DNA of 64,000 bases from Felis catus. Taxonomy: Eukaryota. Positions 1 to 15,800 of this stretch are shown piece after piece. Below the pieces are notes generated by a model. It did no database searches. It worked only from the letters and a program-made list of their open reading frames with translations, and was not told the DNA's origin. Each line of letters starts with the position of its first letter. Position 1 is the stretch's first letter. The stretch covers positions 7,192,001 through 7,256,000 of the forward strand of contig NC_058382.1 in the NCBI RefSeq assembly GCF_018350175.1, written 5' to 3'. Position numbers and translations under genes: made by a program.

Positions 1-342
1 TAGTAAGCATGGAGGGCAGAGCAGGGATGTTGCTGAGGCAGGAAGCCCCAGTCATCATGGAGGGAGGTTTTGCTATGGTTTTGGCCTTGGTAAATGCAGC
101 CCCTACGTAAGCACAAGGGATCCTTCATTCTTGTTGAGGATTGCACTGGATCTGTGAAAGGATCAAGGCTGATGGGGCGGACACCGCATCCTCCAGAGTC
201 CCTTGGAATCTTTCTTCCCTGGAGGGCTTTAAAGCCCAGTCTCAGAAAGATGGACTTTCCCTGTCTTCTCCTATGTTTTGCTCTCCCAAGGCTGGATAAT
301 TGGAGATTCGTGCCAGGTCTGAAGAGGTAGAAGCATTGGGTA

Positions 343-435
343 CAGAGATTCTGGAGGGAAACAGATTTCCGGAGAGAAGCAGAGATCCTGGAGGGAAGTA
401 GATTTTTAGAGAGAAGCAGAGATTCTAGAGAGAAG
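343..435 (+). repeat. 18/19-bp tandem repeat, 5 units
   Basis: cagagattctggagggaaa / cagatttccggagagaag alternation. Confidence 0.8.
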
Positions 436-469
436 ACGACTTTGAGATAAACTTACTCCTTCAGCCTGT

Positions 470-1480
470 TTATACAGAGCCCCACTTCATGCCAGGTACC
501 AGACTAGGCTCAGGGGTTTCAGCAATGAACCTGCTAGACGAGGTCTCGGCCCTCATGAAGCCTCAGTTCAAGTGACAGAGATTTTACTTCATTCCACAAA
601 TGTTTACTGTGTGCCTACTATGCACCAGGGCACAGAACCAGATAAGGAAGGCAAAAACCCCTGCCCTGTCAGAGATGACACTCAAGTTATGGGAGACAGA
701 ATCCATAAGAATGAAAGTAAATAAAACGTGAGGGACATCTGATGGTGATAAATGCCGTAGAGGGGGGAAAAGAAGAGAGACAATAAACAAGGAAGCAAAC
801 ACATAAAGCAATTTTAGATTGAAATAAGGCATAGGAAGGAAACTAACAAGAAGAGAATGTCTGCTCCAGACAAGGTGATCACAGTGGCAGGAAGGGTATC
901 CCAGGCAAAGGGATCAGCAAAGACAAAGACCTAAAGTGGGACAAAGACCCTCAACTACCACACTGGGAAAATCAAAGAAGTGCAGGGGAGCTGAGGCACA
1001 GAGCATGACGGAGTGATGAGGTTGGAGGGATGGACATAAGCCAGACAGAATGCCTTGGAGGCATTTGGGTTTTATTCTATTTGCAGCGGGGGAATCATAA
1101 ATGGGTTTGAAGCAGGTTTTAACATGATACTGTTTAAAATTTTAAGAACGCATTGGCTGCTGAGTGGAGAATGGACGTGGCATTGGTAGGGGGGTAGGAA
1201 TAGGGGTCAAACGTGGAAGCAGTGAGACTAGTTAGGATGCTATTGCACCTGTCCAGGTGAGAAATAAACACGGCTTGGTGAGAGAAGAGGGCAGTGGGTG
1301 GATTCCATGGCTATTTTGGTGCCGAGATGACAGGAATTGCCAAAGTGGGAGGTGGGTGTGAGGGAGGGAGCAAGGACCACTCCCAGCTTTTGACCCAAGC
1401 AACAGGGAAAAGGATGGTGTTGGTGTCGTTTACTAACAAGGAGAAGACTCAGGGGGAGGGTGGGAGTGGACCCACGTTCT
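470..1480 (-). mobile_element. Degraded L2 fragments
   Basis: aaatgtttactgtgtgcctactatgcacc; gagactagttaggatgctattgca...ccaggtgagaaat. Confidence 0.55.
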
Positions 1481-2039
1481 CCCACTTTTTAAACTGCAAT
1501 AAATGAGAGATAATAAAGACAGAAGGAGGTGGGGCAGAAATGTTCTCTGGCTGTTGACCTGGCATCAGGGGCGCCCAGGTGTGCAAACAGAGGCTGCCTG
1601 GCACGTAGCAGATACAGGTGCTGACTCAGAGCCATCTGAGAGATTACCCAGAAAGTTTGGGTAATCAAAGAGACACGTGAGATCAGCATCAGAGGGGCAT
1701 CAAGTCGGACGGGCTGAGGTTTGAATCCCACCTACACCACTTGCTCACCATGCAATGTTGGGCAACTAACCTAATTTCTCTGGGTTTTCCCCATCTGTAG
1801 AATGGGAGTGATGGTGTGTGGGCCAGCGGGGGGATTAAGGGAGATGTGGCACATGGAGGTACTAGAAAAATTGCCAGCCAGGAGCTGGTCAGGGCCCAAC
1901 AAGGCAGAGTGAGGGTCCATTTCCTCATCCCACAAGCATCCATCGCGTGCCAGACCGTGCCAGGGGGATGGGGATCCAGCAGAAGGTTCCCTGCCCTCAA
2001 TGGCATGCAAACAGATTTGAAGACAGAATGGCATGGGCT

Positions 2040-2230
2040 TTAACAGCTGGATGCCTCAGGTTCCAATCCTGGCTCTGCCCCTTGCACAAGCGACTTTTGT
2101 CTGAGACCCCGTTTCCTCACCTGTAACACGGTGCTAATAAGAGTCTCTAAACCTCATGAAGCTGCTGGGAGGATTAAACATGATCATGTTTATGAGGTCC
2201 TTGGCAACCTGCCTGATGTTCATTATAGGT
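2040..2230 (+). mobile_element. MIR (similar MIR fragments at about 1700-1830, 2990-3170, 3250-3380, 25350-25520, 50950-51160, 58310-58500, 60410-60590)
   Basis: ggttccaatcctggctctgcc...gtttcctcacctgtaa core. Confidence 0.65.
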
Positions 2231-3389
2231 GCAGAGACAGGCATTCCCTGACACAGGGACTCAGGAGCCTTGAAGCGAGAGGACCCCCTGGTTTTGCAGT
2301 CCCCCAGCCTCCACAGGGTCTGAGACCACCTCCCCCATCACCCATTCCCACGGTAGCACCCTGGCCCCTATCTCCATCCAGAAGGGCTCCACCTCAGAAG
2401 CCACAAAACCCACATCCTACTCCCTGACCACAGCCTCCCAGGCTTCCAGAGCTGTGGGTGTCTCTGCCATACCTGTTCTTCCACCTCAGGGCACCCCTGA
2501 CCCCCTCATGCAGCCTCCCGCCAAAGCCCCTTCCGTCCGCCTTTCCTATACCCCACAGTCCTTTCCACCACTAGTGTCCTCAGCACCCCTCCCACCATCA
2601 CCCAGCCCTGCACGTTCCTGCTCTTTGCTGGAGAAAAACAAAACAAAATCGTCCAACTGCTCAAAAGATGCCTCTTTAAATTGCTGAGTGCCAACTTCAC
2701 CTGGGTGCCTTCTCCTCCCTCACCTCCTCAACCCCACCCACCCAGGTGCCCCTTGAGATGAGCTGGACTCCGTCTTCCTGGAGGAAGCAGAAGCCACCCC
2801 AAGGGCCCTCCCTCCTCTTCCTGCCACAGGACCCACACCCCACCCGAAACCTCACCCGCCCTTTCCTTCTTCCTTCCTGGAACAATGGAAGAGGCGTCTT
2901 TCCTCCCATCTGGAGCTAATCCCACCACTCAGGCAGTTGCACCATTTGCCCCTTTGTTCTCGGGCATCTCACTCCCTGTGGTTGTTAAGAGCTGTCCGCC
3001 TGGGTTCGAATCATGGCGACACCACTCAGCGTTGTGTAAACTTGGGCGGACGACTTCCCTTCCTCATCTGTACCTTGAAGATAATAAGAGTGTCTTTCTC
3101 ACGACACCATGGGAAGGCTTTGGTGAGCTAATTTATGAAAAATGCACTCAAACACTGTTGGACCCACAAATCAGTGCACAAATGGAACAGACCTTCAAAT
3201 CGCCTTGGAAAAGGCAATGGAAGAGTCAGGTAATGGAGCAGAGAGCCCGATAGTCCTGGAGTTTGAACGTTTCCTCTTGCACTGACCAGCTGGGTGACCT
3301 TGGACAAGACACTTCTCCCCTCTCAGCCTCAGTTTTTCTGTAAAGAGGGACAAGATAGTACTATCCCATAGAGTCCATACTTTCCATGG

Positions 3390-3805
3390 CCTGACCGCCC
3401 TCATTTCTTTCTATTGTTTCCCCCTTACTCACTCTGCTCCAGCCACACTGGCCTCCTCACTGCTCCCCAGACATACCTCAGGGCCTTTGCACTTGCCACT
3501 CTTTCTGTCTCGAACAGTCTTTCCCCAGAGATCCCCAACCCATTTAGGTCTTTACCCAAAGATCACCTCACTTGCACCTTTCTTGACCCTATTCCCCTCC
3601 CTACTTTCTTATTATTTTTCATACATTCATAAGTTGTAATATCATATGTTGTACTTATTTAACTTTCTTTCTCTTGATTGCCTCCCCCCCCCCCCCAAAT
3701 ATAAGCTTCAGCAGGGCAGGGATTTCTGTCTGTTTTGTTCATGGCTATATCCTCAGTGCTTAGAACAGTGACTCATGCTCAGTGAGTGCTCTGTGTTGTT
3801 GAACG
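3390..3805 (+). mobile_element. L2 3' end
   Basis: ctcagggcctttgcacttgc...ggcagggatttctgtctgttttgttc...cagtgcttagaacagtg. Confidence 0.7.
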
Positions 3806-3958
3806 GAGGGAGAGAGAGTGAAGGAAGGTGTGAGGGAGAGAGCGAGGCAGAGAGGAAGAGAGGGAGGGAGGCAGGGAGGAAAGAAGCTAGCCCACATGAA
3901 GAACTTCCTTGGTCAAACAAAATATGGCACATCCATCAAGTGGCAGATGATTCTACTT

Positions 3959-4432
3959 AAAAAAAATGGATGAAGAAGATGTGGTTTATATATGCAATAG
4001 AATACTACTTGGCAATGAGAAAGAATGAAGTCATGCCATTTGCAGCAACATGGATAGAACTGGAAGGTATTATGCTGAGTGAAATAAGTCAGTCAGAGAA
4101 AGACAGATATCATATGTTTTCATTCATATGTGGATCTTGAGAAACTTAACAGAAGACCACGGGGGAAGGGAAGGGGAAATAATAGTTAGAAACAGACAGG
4201 AAGGGAAGCAAACCATAAGAGACTCTTAATACAGAGAACAAACTGAGGGCGGATGGGGGGCAGGGGAGAGGGGAAAATGGGTGATGGGCATTGAGGAGGG
4301 CACTTGTTGGGATGAGCACTGGGTGTTGTATGTAAGTGATGAGTCACGGGAATCTACCCCCAAAACCAAGAGCACACTGTATACACTGTATGTTAGCCAG
4401 TTTGACAATAAGTTATATTTTTAAAAAATAAA
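3959..4432 (+). mobile_element. Carnivore/felid L1 3' end, 5'-truncated
   Basis: tggatgaagaagatgtgg...gccatttgcagcaacatgg...A-rich tail, typical of the L1 ORF2 end and 3'UTR. Confidence 0.85.
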
Positions 4433-4739
4433 AAGGAAGGAAACCCTGAAACGCGACAATACGGGTGAAATTGGAGGACATCGTGCTCAATGACATAAGC
4501 CAGTCACAAAGTGATTCAGCTTCTACGAGGCGCCTAGAGTGGTCACAGCCATAGAGACAGAAAGCAGATAGAGGTTACCAGGGGCTGCAGGCGAGGGGAC
4601 AGAGAGATAATGTTGAATAGAGACAGAATTCCTGTTGGGCAAGATGGGAAAGTTTTGGAGATAAATGGCTGCAATGATTATACAATCATGCAAATGTACT
4701 TCAGGTCACTGAACTGCCCGCTTAAAAATGACTTAAGGG

Positions 4740-4982
4740 GGGGCGCCTGGGTGGCACAGTCGGTTAAGCGTCCGACTTCAGCCAGGTCACGATCTCGCGG
4801 TCCGGGAGTTCGAGCCCCGCGTCAGGCTCTGGGCTGATGGCTCAGAGCCTGGAGCCTGTTTCCGATTCTGTGTCTCCCTCTCTCTCTGTCATCCCCCGCT
4901 TATGCTCTGTCTCTCTCTGTCCCAAAAATAAATAAACGTTGAAAAAAAAAATTTTTTTTAATTTAAAAAAAATTAAAAAAAA
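4740..4982 (+). mobile_element. SINEC_Fc (young feline Can-SINE)
   Basis: tRNA-like head, (CT)n, A tail; TSD aaaaatgacttaagggg. Confidence 0.93.
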
Positions 4983-4991
4983 ATGACTTAA

Positions 4992-5190
4992 GGGGTGCCT
5001 CTGGGTCGTTCAGTTGGTTCAGCGTCAGACTCTTGGTTTCCACTCCGGTCATGATCTCATGGTTCGTGGGTCCCAGGCCCGCATTGGGCTCACCGCTGAC
5101 CGCGCAGTGTCTGCTTGGGATTCTCTCTCTCCCTCTCTCTCTCCCTCTCTGTCTCTTTCCTTCTCAAAATAAGTAAACATTTAAAAAAAA
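4992..5190 (+). mobile_element. Can-SINE (older)
   Basis: Head, (CT)n and tail. Confidence 0.85.
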
Positions 5191-8100
5191 TTTTTTAATG
5201 ATTTAAATGGCGAATTTTGGGAACACAACACTGTGCCCAGCCTGCAATAAATTGGAGCGGTTTTCATCCTTCCTTCTCTCCTTGCCAACCCTAGCTGGCC
5301 ACACACCTGTCTCCTCCCCCTCTTCCAGTCCCTCCAGCCACCAAAACCTTACAGTCTCCCGTCTGTCCTTTTCCCCAGTGGCCACCCAGCTGTGTCCCAC
5401 TTCCTCCCTAAAATTATCTCAGCTTCCCCAACAGCACCCTTTCCTGGCCTTCCTCCCAGCTCTTCCCTTGCTCCTTCTCAGCCCTCTGCCCCCTAGGCCG
5501 GGGGTCTTCCTTGGGGTCCTGGGCAGATGTCCCTGGTCTTTCCACTCCATTCAGTCTCTGGGCGTGGGCTCCAGGCACCCTGGCTTCCGGTGCCGCTGGT
5601 GCTGATAACACCCCACCTCTGTCTCTAACCAGACAGCTCTCCTAAACTCCAGACCGGGGTCTCCAGTGAGGACCCTAAGGGGTCTTCTCGCTTGCTCAGA
5701 ATCACCCTTGGGCTTCTGCTTTTCCTGGCCACGTTTCCCCTCCAGCCCTCTGAGCTCTGTCCCCATCCTCCGGCCTGAAGGTCTCTACTCAGAGCCCCTC
5801 ACCTCCTTCCCACCCCACCCCACACACACTCCCTCCATGCCCCAGGCAAACACCTGCTCATCCACAGCAGGCCCCAGCTTAGACAGCTCGCCCTTCAGGA
5901 GCCCTTTCTCCACTCTGGGGTTCCATCAGGCCCTTCCACGTTCCCTGTCAGAGGGCACATCACCCCGGACTGAGTTTCCTATTGCCGGTTGGCCTTTCCC
6001 ATCAGACCATAAGTTCCCCGAAGGCAAGGACTCTGGCCATCTGCTCATTCATTCGATTGTTCATTCATTCATCAAATATGTTTTGAGCGCTCATGTCACG
6101 GCCGACAACACTGCTGAGCAGGTGGGTGGATTGGGGAACAGGTCGTCTGGGTTTTAGATTCTGGAGGGAAGGAGTTGAGTAACCTGGGAGGTCCAGGGCT
6201 GGGCTGGGAAGCGATAAGCTGTGAAGGGACCCTATTTGTTCTTGTAGCCCCAGCCGTTTGCTTGGGCTCCCTTGGGTCCACTAAAGTCTTCTCCTTAAGC
6301 AGAGGGTTCTTTTGAAGCAGAGGTCTCTTTTGAGACCTCCTGTTCACCAAAGTCTTCAGCTCAGTGGAGGGTCACCATGAGTCCATCCAATCAAAGGTTT
6401 CTGCTCAGGGGAAGGGGGCGGGGCTTGTGTTTACCAGGAGATTCTGTTTGGTGGCTGTTTATTTTTAAAATCCATATAAAAAAAAAAGGACAAAGACATA
6501 TTTATGGACTCCAAGAAATTGCTCAAAGAGTAGAGTCCCAGGGGCTCCTTCCCTCGGCTTTTTAACCGTATCAGACCCAAATCAGACCCAGGAATTCAAT
6601 GAGGGCCGTTAGCCAGACTACAGGTCTCCTTCCAGGTCACCTCTTCAGGTGCCTCTATTTGCCGGTGTGCACGTGTGCAAATATCTGTTTCTATGTAATG
6701 TTACCTCCTATGTAGGTCCAGGTCACCACAAGGGTCCCCAGCCCTCCTGTGCCCCCAGGGTGGGATGGGGGTCTTTCCTTCTGGTTTGCCAGGGCCCTGG
6801 CCGCCTAAAGCAGGGAGCTCCTTAGAGCCAGTTCACAGGCAACCGAAGTGCACACAGGGAGCCGGGTGTGTGGGTTCAGACACACTGAGTCCCCAGGTGC
6901 AGACCAGACTAAGCAGCAGCCCAGGCAAAGAGGAAGGAAAGTGGTTTGGGAGCCAACCCCGGGGAGTGGGGGGGGGGGGGGGAGGAGGGAAGGGAGGGCT
7001 TTTGAGAGAGGGAGAGTGCACAGGCTGCCTCCTGAGTCACCGTGCCCTGCTCAGGCCCAGGGACAAATTGCAGTCATTAGGGAATTTAAGAGGCTGGGGA
7101 GGTGCTGTACTGAGGGCAGCGTGCCCTACCCCAGGTTAGGAGGGGTCCCTTGGACCCAGAGCACCTCCTTGGGCTGTCTGGAGCCCTCCCCCACCACCTC
7201 ACCGTTGTCTCCCTCCCTCTCTCTAGGTCACCATCTCTCACTCTGTCCCCGCCCCTCTGCCGAGCTGGGAGACACCAGTTCTCCACTGCTTCTTCTCCTC
7301 CCCGCTGGGGTCCCTGTTCCCCAGACTTCCAGGACTGTGAGAACCACAAAGCCAGAAAGCCTAGGGGACAAGACAGTCCCGGGTGTCTCCTGCCCTTCCC
7401 CGCCCCACCCCCTGCCTCCCTCTTCCTGGCTGCTGTCACCTCCCATCTCTGCCTCCCTGTCTCCTCTGAGTGCGTCCCCACCACGTGCTGTGCCCTAGCT
7501 CCCTTGGTCACCCCCTCACCTGCCTGGTCCTGCATCGTCCTCCCCCTCCTCCAGCATTTCATCCTCCAGTCCTCCTGCTATTATTTTGTGTGTTTGGGGT
7601 GGGGGAGGGGTGGTGATCCTGCCTTCCTTCTCTCTCTTCACTCGGTTCTCTTCCTTTGTGTCTCTGTTCTGCCTTCAGTGTCTTCCTTGTCTTCCCTGCT
7701 TTTCTGTTTCTTTCTTAGCTTTCCCACATTCCCTTCTCCATGAATCACTGTCTCTGTGCTGCACCTGCCCCACTGTCTCCCCACCACCCCCACCTCCTCT
7801 GTCCCCATGTCCACATTCATCTTCCTTCTCCTTCCCCATCTTTCCTTAGTCTCTCTCCCTCTGACACTTGTCTCTCTGGTCTGTGTTTCTCTGAATCTTT
7901 CTCTGGCTCTCCACCTTCTTATGTTACTTCTCTGACATTTCCCAGTCTTCTCTGTGTCTCTTTACCCCCAACCCTTACCAGCACCTTCCCCTGAGCCACC
8001 CACTCTGTCCACCCTGCCCTGGGGTCCCCCTCCCTCCCTGGGTTCCTCCCAGATTAAACACCTTCCCTGGGCGGGTTCTTATTAATGTGGTGGCTGCTTC

Positions 8101-8229
8101 TCTGACCAGAGAAGGGAGGGAGGAGATGGGACCAGGGAGTCCTGGAGTCCTGGAATGGGAAATGGGCAATAAAAAAATGTCAGGAGAAGGGCGGGGGTGG
8201 GGGAGGCAGGGCCTGTTGCCCAGGCCAGG

Positions 8230-8236
8230 GATAAAA
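8230..8236 (+). promoter_or_regulatory. TATA-like GATAAAA, KLK14 proximal promoter
   Basis: Preceded by a GC box (gggcgggggtgggg, about 8189-8202) and followed by the putative UTR exon. Confidence 0.5.
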
Positions 8237-8259
8237 GGGCTCCACAGAGTGACAGGGAA

Positions 8260-8327
8260 TCAAGGCACCACCCCCCTTCCTGCACACACAGAGACGCATC
8301 CACGTCTTGAAGGGTCTTGGTCTCTGT
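8260..8327 (+). other. KLK14: KLK14 5' non-coding exon (start approximate)
   Basis: About 25 nt after GATAAAA (8230-8236); donor GT|gtaagg at 8328; 82-nt intron to a pyrimidine-rich acceptor ccag at 8409. Confidence 0.6.
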
Positions 8328-8431
8328 GTAAGGCCTTCACTGTCTCTGTCCCTCATCTCTGGGTCTCTTGCAGCCTCCTTCTCTCTCACTTTCTCTTTGC
8401 ATTTGCCAGAACCTGACCTCCAGACCCCAGA

Positions 8432-12394
<3,963 letters not shown>

Positions 12395-12446
12395 TTGTTG
12401 GTATGACTTAACATCAGCTGCCCAGCTGTCTCCCCAGACCCTGCTC

Positions 12447-12530
12447 TCTCCACTCAAGACCCAGGAGTCCCAGCCCCCAGCCCCCCAGCCCTCCTCCTCC
12501 CTCAGACCCAGGAGTCTGGGCCCCCAGCTT
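12447..12530 (+). repeat. MSR1-type minisatellite units in the KLK14 3'UTR
   Basis: cctcctccctcagacccaggagtc...ccccagc consensus, about 2 units. Confidence 0.8.
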
Positions 12531-12727
12531 CTTGATGGGGACCCCTGGCCCAGGACTCCCCTTTCCCGAAGAAATTCCTTCAGGTTTTCTCTCCACTCCC
12601 CCACAACGCCATTATTCAAGACCCCTTCGGTACAGGGACAAGAGCATGAAAACACATGCTTTGGGGCATCATACCCCAAAGAAGACAGTTTTCAAAGCTT
12701 AGTGTCTCTAAAAACCAGACAAATAAT

Positions 12728-12733
12728 AATAAA
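12728..12733 (+). terminator. KLK14 poly(A) signal AATAAA (second candidate at 13000-13005)
   Basis: First canonical hexamer after the stop codon. Confidence 0.65.
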
Positions 12734-13293
12734 AATGGAATAATCCTAAAGTCCATTCACCTGTTCATTTAATTCATCCGACAGATATGTACACACAAGT
12801 GGCTGAATGGGGTCCGTGTTGTTCCCTTGGAGGCACCCTCCATCCCCTCCATCTGGTGTGGTAGAGGGAAATGCCCAGCCTCGCGGCATGACCCTGAACA
12901 AGACCGTCCCTCCCGAGGCTGGGTCCTGTGAGCAGGGACTGCTGAGGTCCAGGGCAGGGAGGGCAGAGACCCACCTTGTTTCTTGGAAAACCCTATGCAA
13001 ATAAAAAGGTCCTCTTTCTCCTAATCAGATCTCAGGTGAGGAGAGTTGAGTTAATCACCTGCTGGAGTTCAAGTCCTGGCAGAGCTCTGCTCTCATTTTA
13101 TTTCTTTATTTCTATCTGTCATCCCTGGCTCCGGTCCCCTCCCTCCCCACAGGCACCAACACAAATGGCCTTGAACACCATGAGTCCTTGCAAAACATGC
13201 CTGTCACAATGTGTTGCTTCTCATTTACATGAAACCATTGTGTTATGGATCTCATTCTCTTTCTCACTTTCATTCATCAGACTATTTATTGGA

Positions 13294-13480
13294 GGGGCGC
13301 CTGGGTGGCTCAGTCGGTTAAGCCTCTGACTTCGGCTCAGGTCATGATCTCACGGTTCGTGAGTTCAAGCCCTATGTCAGGCTCTGTGCTATCAGCCTGG
13401 AGCCTGCTTCAGATCCTCTGTCCACCCCTCCCCCACTCTTTCTCGCTCAAAAATAAATAAACGTTAAAAAAATTAAAAAT
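13294..13480 (+). mobile_element. Can-SINE
   Basis: TSD agactat(t/g)tattg at 13279 and 13721. Confidence 0.9.
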
Positions 13481-13481
13481 A

Positions 13482-13717
13482 GGGGCGCCTTGGTGGCGCA
13501 GTCGGTTAAGCGTCCGACTTCAGCCAGGTCACGATCTTGCGGTCCGTGAGTTCGAGCCCCGCATCAGGCTCTGGGCTGATGGCTCGGAGCCTGGAGCCTG
13601 TTTCCGATTCTGTGTCTCCCTCTCTCTCTGCCCCTCCCCCGTTCATGCTCTGTCTCTCTCTGTCCCAAAAATAAATAAAAAAACGTTGAAAAAAAAATTA
13701 AAAAAAAAATTAAAAAT
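13482..13717 (+). mobile_element. SINEC_Fc inserted in the A tail of the preceding SINE
   Basis: Near-consensus sequence. Confidence 0.93.
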
Positions 13718-13884
13718 ACAAGACTATGTATTGCCTACAACAGTGCACCAGGCATTGTTCTAGGTGCTGGAAGTTGAGCTGTGAACAAGCCAGATAAATC
13801 TAAATGCCTCCCCCAACAGAGCTGACACTCTGGCAGAAGGTGATAGACAAGAAACGATGAACATAATTTAAAAGTACGGTAGAG

Positions 13885-13985
13885 AGGCACTGGGCTGACT
13901 CATTCGGTGAAGCATATGACTCTTGATCTTGGGGTTGTGGGTTGGAGCCCCACCTTAGGTGTAGAGATTAGTTAAACATAAAATC
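13885..13985 (+). mobile_element. Short carnivore tRNA-SINE
   Basis: gactcttgatcttggggttgtgggttggagccccac. Confidence 0.7.
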
Positions 13986-13990
13986 TTCAA

Positions 13991-14200
13991 GGGGCACCTG
14001 GGTGGCCAGTTGGTTAAGCTTTGGTTCAGGTCATGATCTCACGATTCGTGAGTTCAAGCCCCACATCGGGCTCTGTGCTGACAGCTCAGAGCCTGGAGCC
14101 TGTTTCAGATTCTGTGTCTCCCTCTCTCTCTGCCCCCCTCCTGCTCATGCTCTGTCTCTCTCTCAAAAATAAATAAACATTAAAAAAATTTTTTTTGAAA
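13991..14200 (+). mobile_element. Can-SINE
   Basis: Full structure. Confidence 0.9.
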
Positions 14201-14385
14201 AATAAAATAATAAAAGTAAAGCAGAAAGCCCTTAAGAATGAAAGGTCAGTAAACTTGAGCCAGGAGACGAGCCCAGTGTGTACCAGAGCCAGCTCAAACC
14301 AGCCCATAAAAGCCAACTGGCAAATTTTTAGGAATTTTGAGAGCCAGTTGGTAAACACAACCATTATTAAAAATTAAATTACATT

Positions 14386-14810
14386 GGGGTGCCTGGGTGG
14401 CTCAGTCGGTTAAGCATCTGACTCTTTTTTTTTTTTTTTAACGTTTATTTTTGAGAGAGAGAGCACAAGCAGGGGAGGGACAAAGAGAGAGGGAGACACA
14501 GAATCTGAAGCAGGCTCCAGGCTCTGAGCTGTCAGCACAGAGCTTGACTCAGGGCTCAAACTCATGAACTGCAAGTTTATGACCTGAGCCAAGGTGGGAT
14601 GCTTAACCGACTGAGCCACCCAGGTACCCCAAGCATCCAACTCTTGATTTCAGCTCAGGTCATAATCTCACAGTCTGTGAGTTCGGAGCCCCGCGTCGGG
14701 GTCTGCACTGGCAGCTCATATCCTGCTTGGGATTCTCCCTCTCTCTCTGCCCCTCCCCTGCTTGCACTCTCTCTGTCTCTCAAAATAAATAAACAAAAAC
14801 TTTAAAAATA
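14386..14810 (+). mobile_element. Can-SINE interrupted by an antisense SINE
   Basis: Head 14386-14424, remainder 14631-14810. Confidence 0.88.
14425..14630 (-). mobile_element. Can-SINE nested in a SINE
   Basis: TSD aagcatc..actc. Confidence 0.9.
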
Positions 14811-15054
14811 TTAAATTACATAAACTTACAATTGAACGATGAATATTCAAAACAAGTTCAATTAATACTCAACATTCATCAATTCCTATTTTCATGAGTA
14901 TTTATATACTTTGAAGTTATATTTGTCTTATTGCCTTACATCTGTCACCGTGAGCTCTGCACATGTCTTTCTCACTCTGTGTCCTGTGAAATTGTCCTGG
15001 GAGGTTGATATCAGCCCAAGCAGGAATACTTGTGCCACAGAAATTGGCAAAAGC

Positions 15055-15283
15055 AGGGCAGCTGGCTGGCTTAGTCAGTTGCGTGTCCGACTCTTGATTT
15101 CAGCGCAGGTCATGGTCCCAAGGCTGTGGGATTGAGCCCCACATCAGGCTCACTGCTGGGCGTGGATCTTGCTTTGATTCTCTCTCTCTGCCCCTCTCCC
15201 TCGCTTTCTCTCTCCCCCCCTTTTCTGTCTCTTAAAATTAAATAAATAAACAAACAAACCAACACATAAACAAACAAATTAAA
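15055..15283 (+). mobile_element. Can-SINE
   Basis: TSD agaaattggcaaaagc. Confidence 0.88.
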
Positions 15284-15800
15284 AGAAATTGGCAAAAGCT
15301 TTTTTTTCTTGGAGAGCTTAAATCCTTACCCTGGAGAATTAACCCTTAGGAAATCCTTGGAGAGTTAAATCCTTACCAGCGCAGTGTGGGACATGTGAAT
15401 GTCCCTAGGAATGACCTGATGATCCCAGCCTCTGTCTCCTCGTAGTTCTGCACTGGGACACTGCAGAGCTCAGACAGAGTGGCAGGCAGTGTGGCCTCAC
15501 CAGTGTTCACGTGCTCTGCTGTGAGGGACAACACAGGATCTGAGAGTTCTCAGGTGCTGGGTCTGGGAACCGCACAGCTACAGAAATTCCAAAGATTGTT
15601 GGGACATGGAGGCTGCACCTTGTCTCCAGGTGACACAGACACACTTTGGCTCACATATGCAACAGCCATACAAGCTCTGTGGAGCAAAGGGGACAAGAGC
15701 AGCTGTATACTAAGGTACCTTCAGGCCCCTGGTGAGATGATGATACAGCCATGCTGTAATTCTTGGCCTATATCCTTCTATAACGCTAAATAAAAGTCAG

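Larger units (their letters stand above)
3905..5215 (+). mobile_element. Old L1M(B) 3' fragment interrupted by the young L1 and two SINEs
   Basis: atatggcacatccat...aagccagtcacaaa...gaaagcagatagaggttaccagggg...cactgaactg. Confidence 0.6.
14270..15330 (+). mobile_element. MER63-like hAT DNA transposon split by SINEs
   Basis: aaatttttaggaattttgagagccagttggtaaacacaaccattattaaaaattaaattacat...gaaattggcaaa. Confidence 0.65.

Noticed and set aside
2590-2660. Strong minus-strand acceptor-like tract (ttttgttttgtttttctccag)
   Set aside because: No partner exons or ORF; an isolated motif
4740-4830. tRNA-like heads with A/B boxes
   Set aside because: They are tRNA-derived SINE heads followed by (CT)n and poly(A), not tRNA genes
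6765-7743. Several long overlapping ORFs (up to 216 aa)
   Set aside because: Low-complexity GC/CT-rich sequence with no domain similarity or splice logic; long ORFs in several frames on both strands are typical of stop-poor composition
1-8200. CTU1 or SIGLEC exons expected upstream of KLK14 by synteny
   Set aside because: No such coding motifs were recognisable in any frame of this stretch
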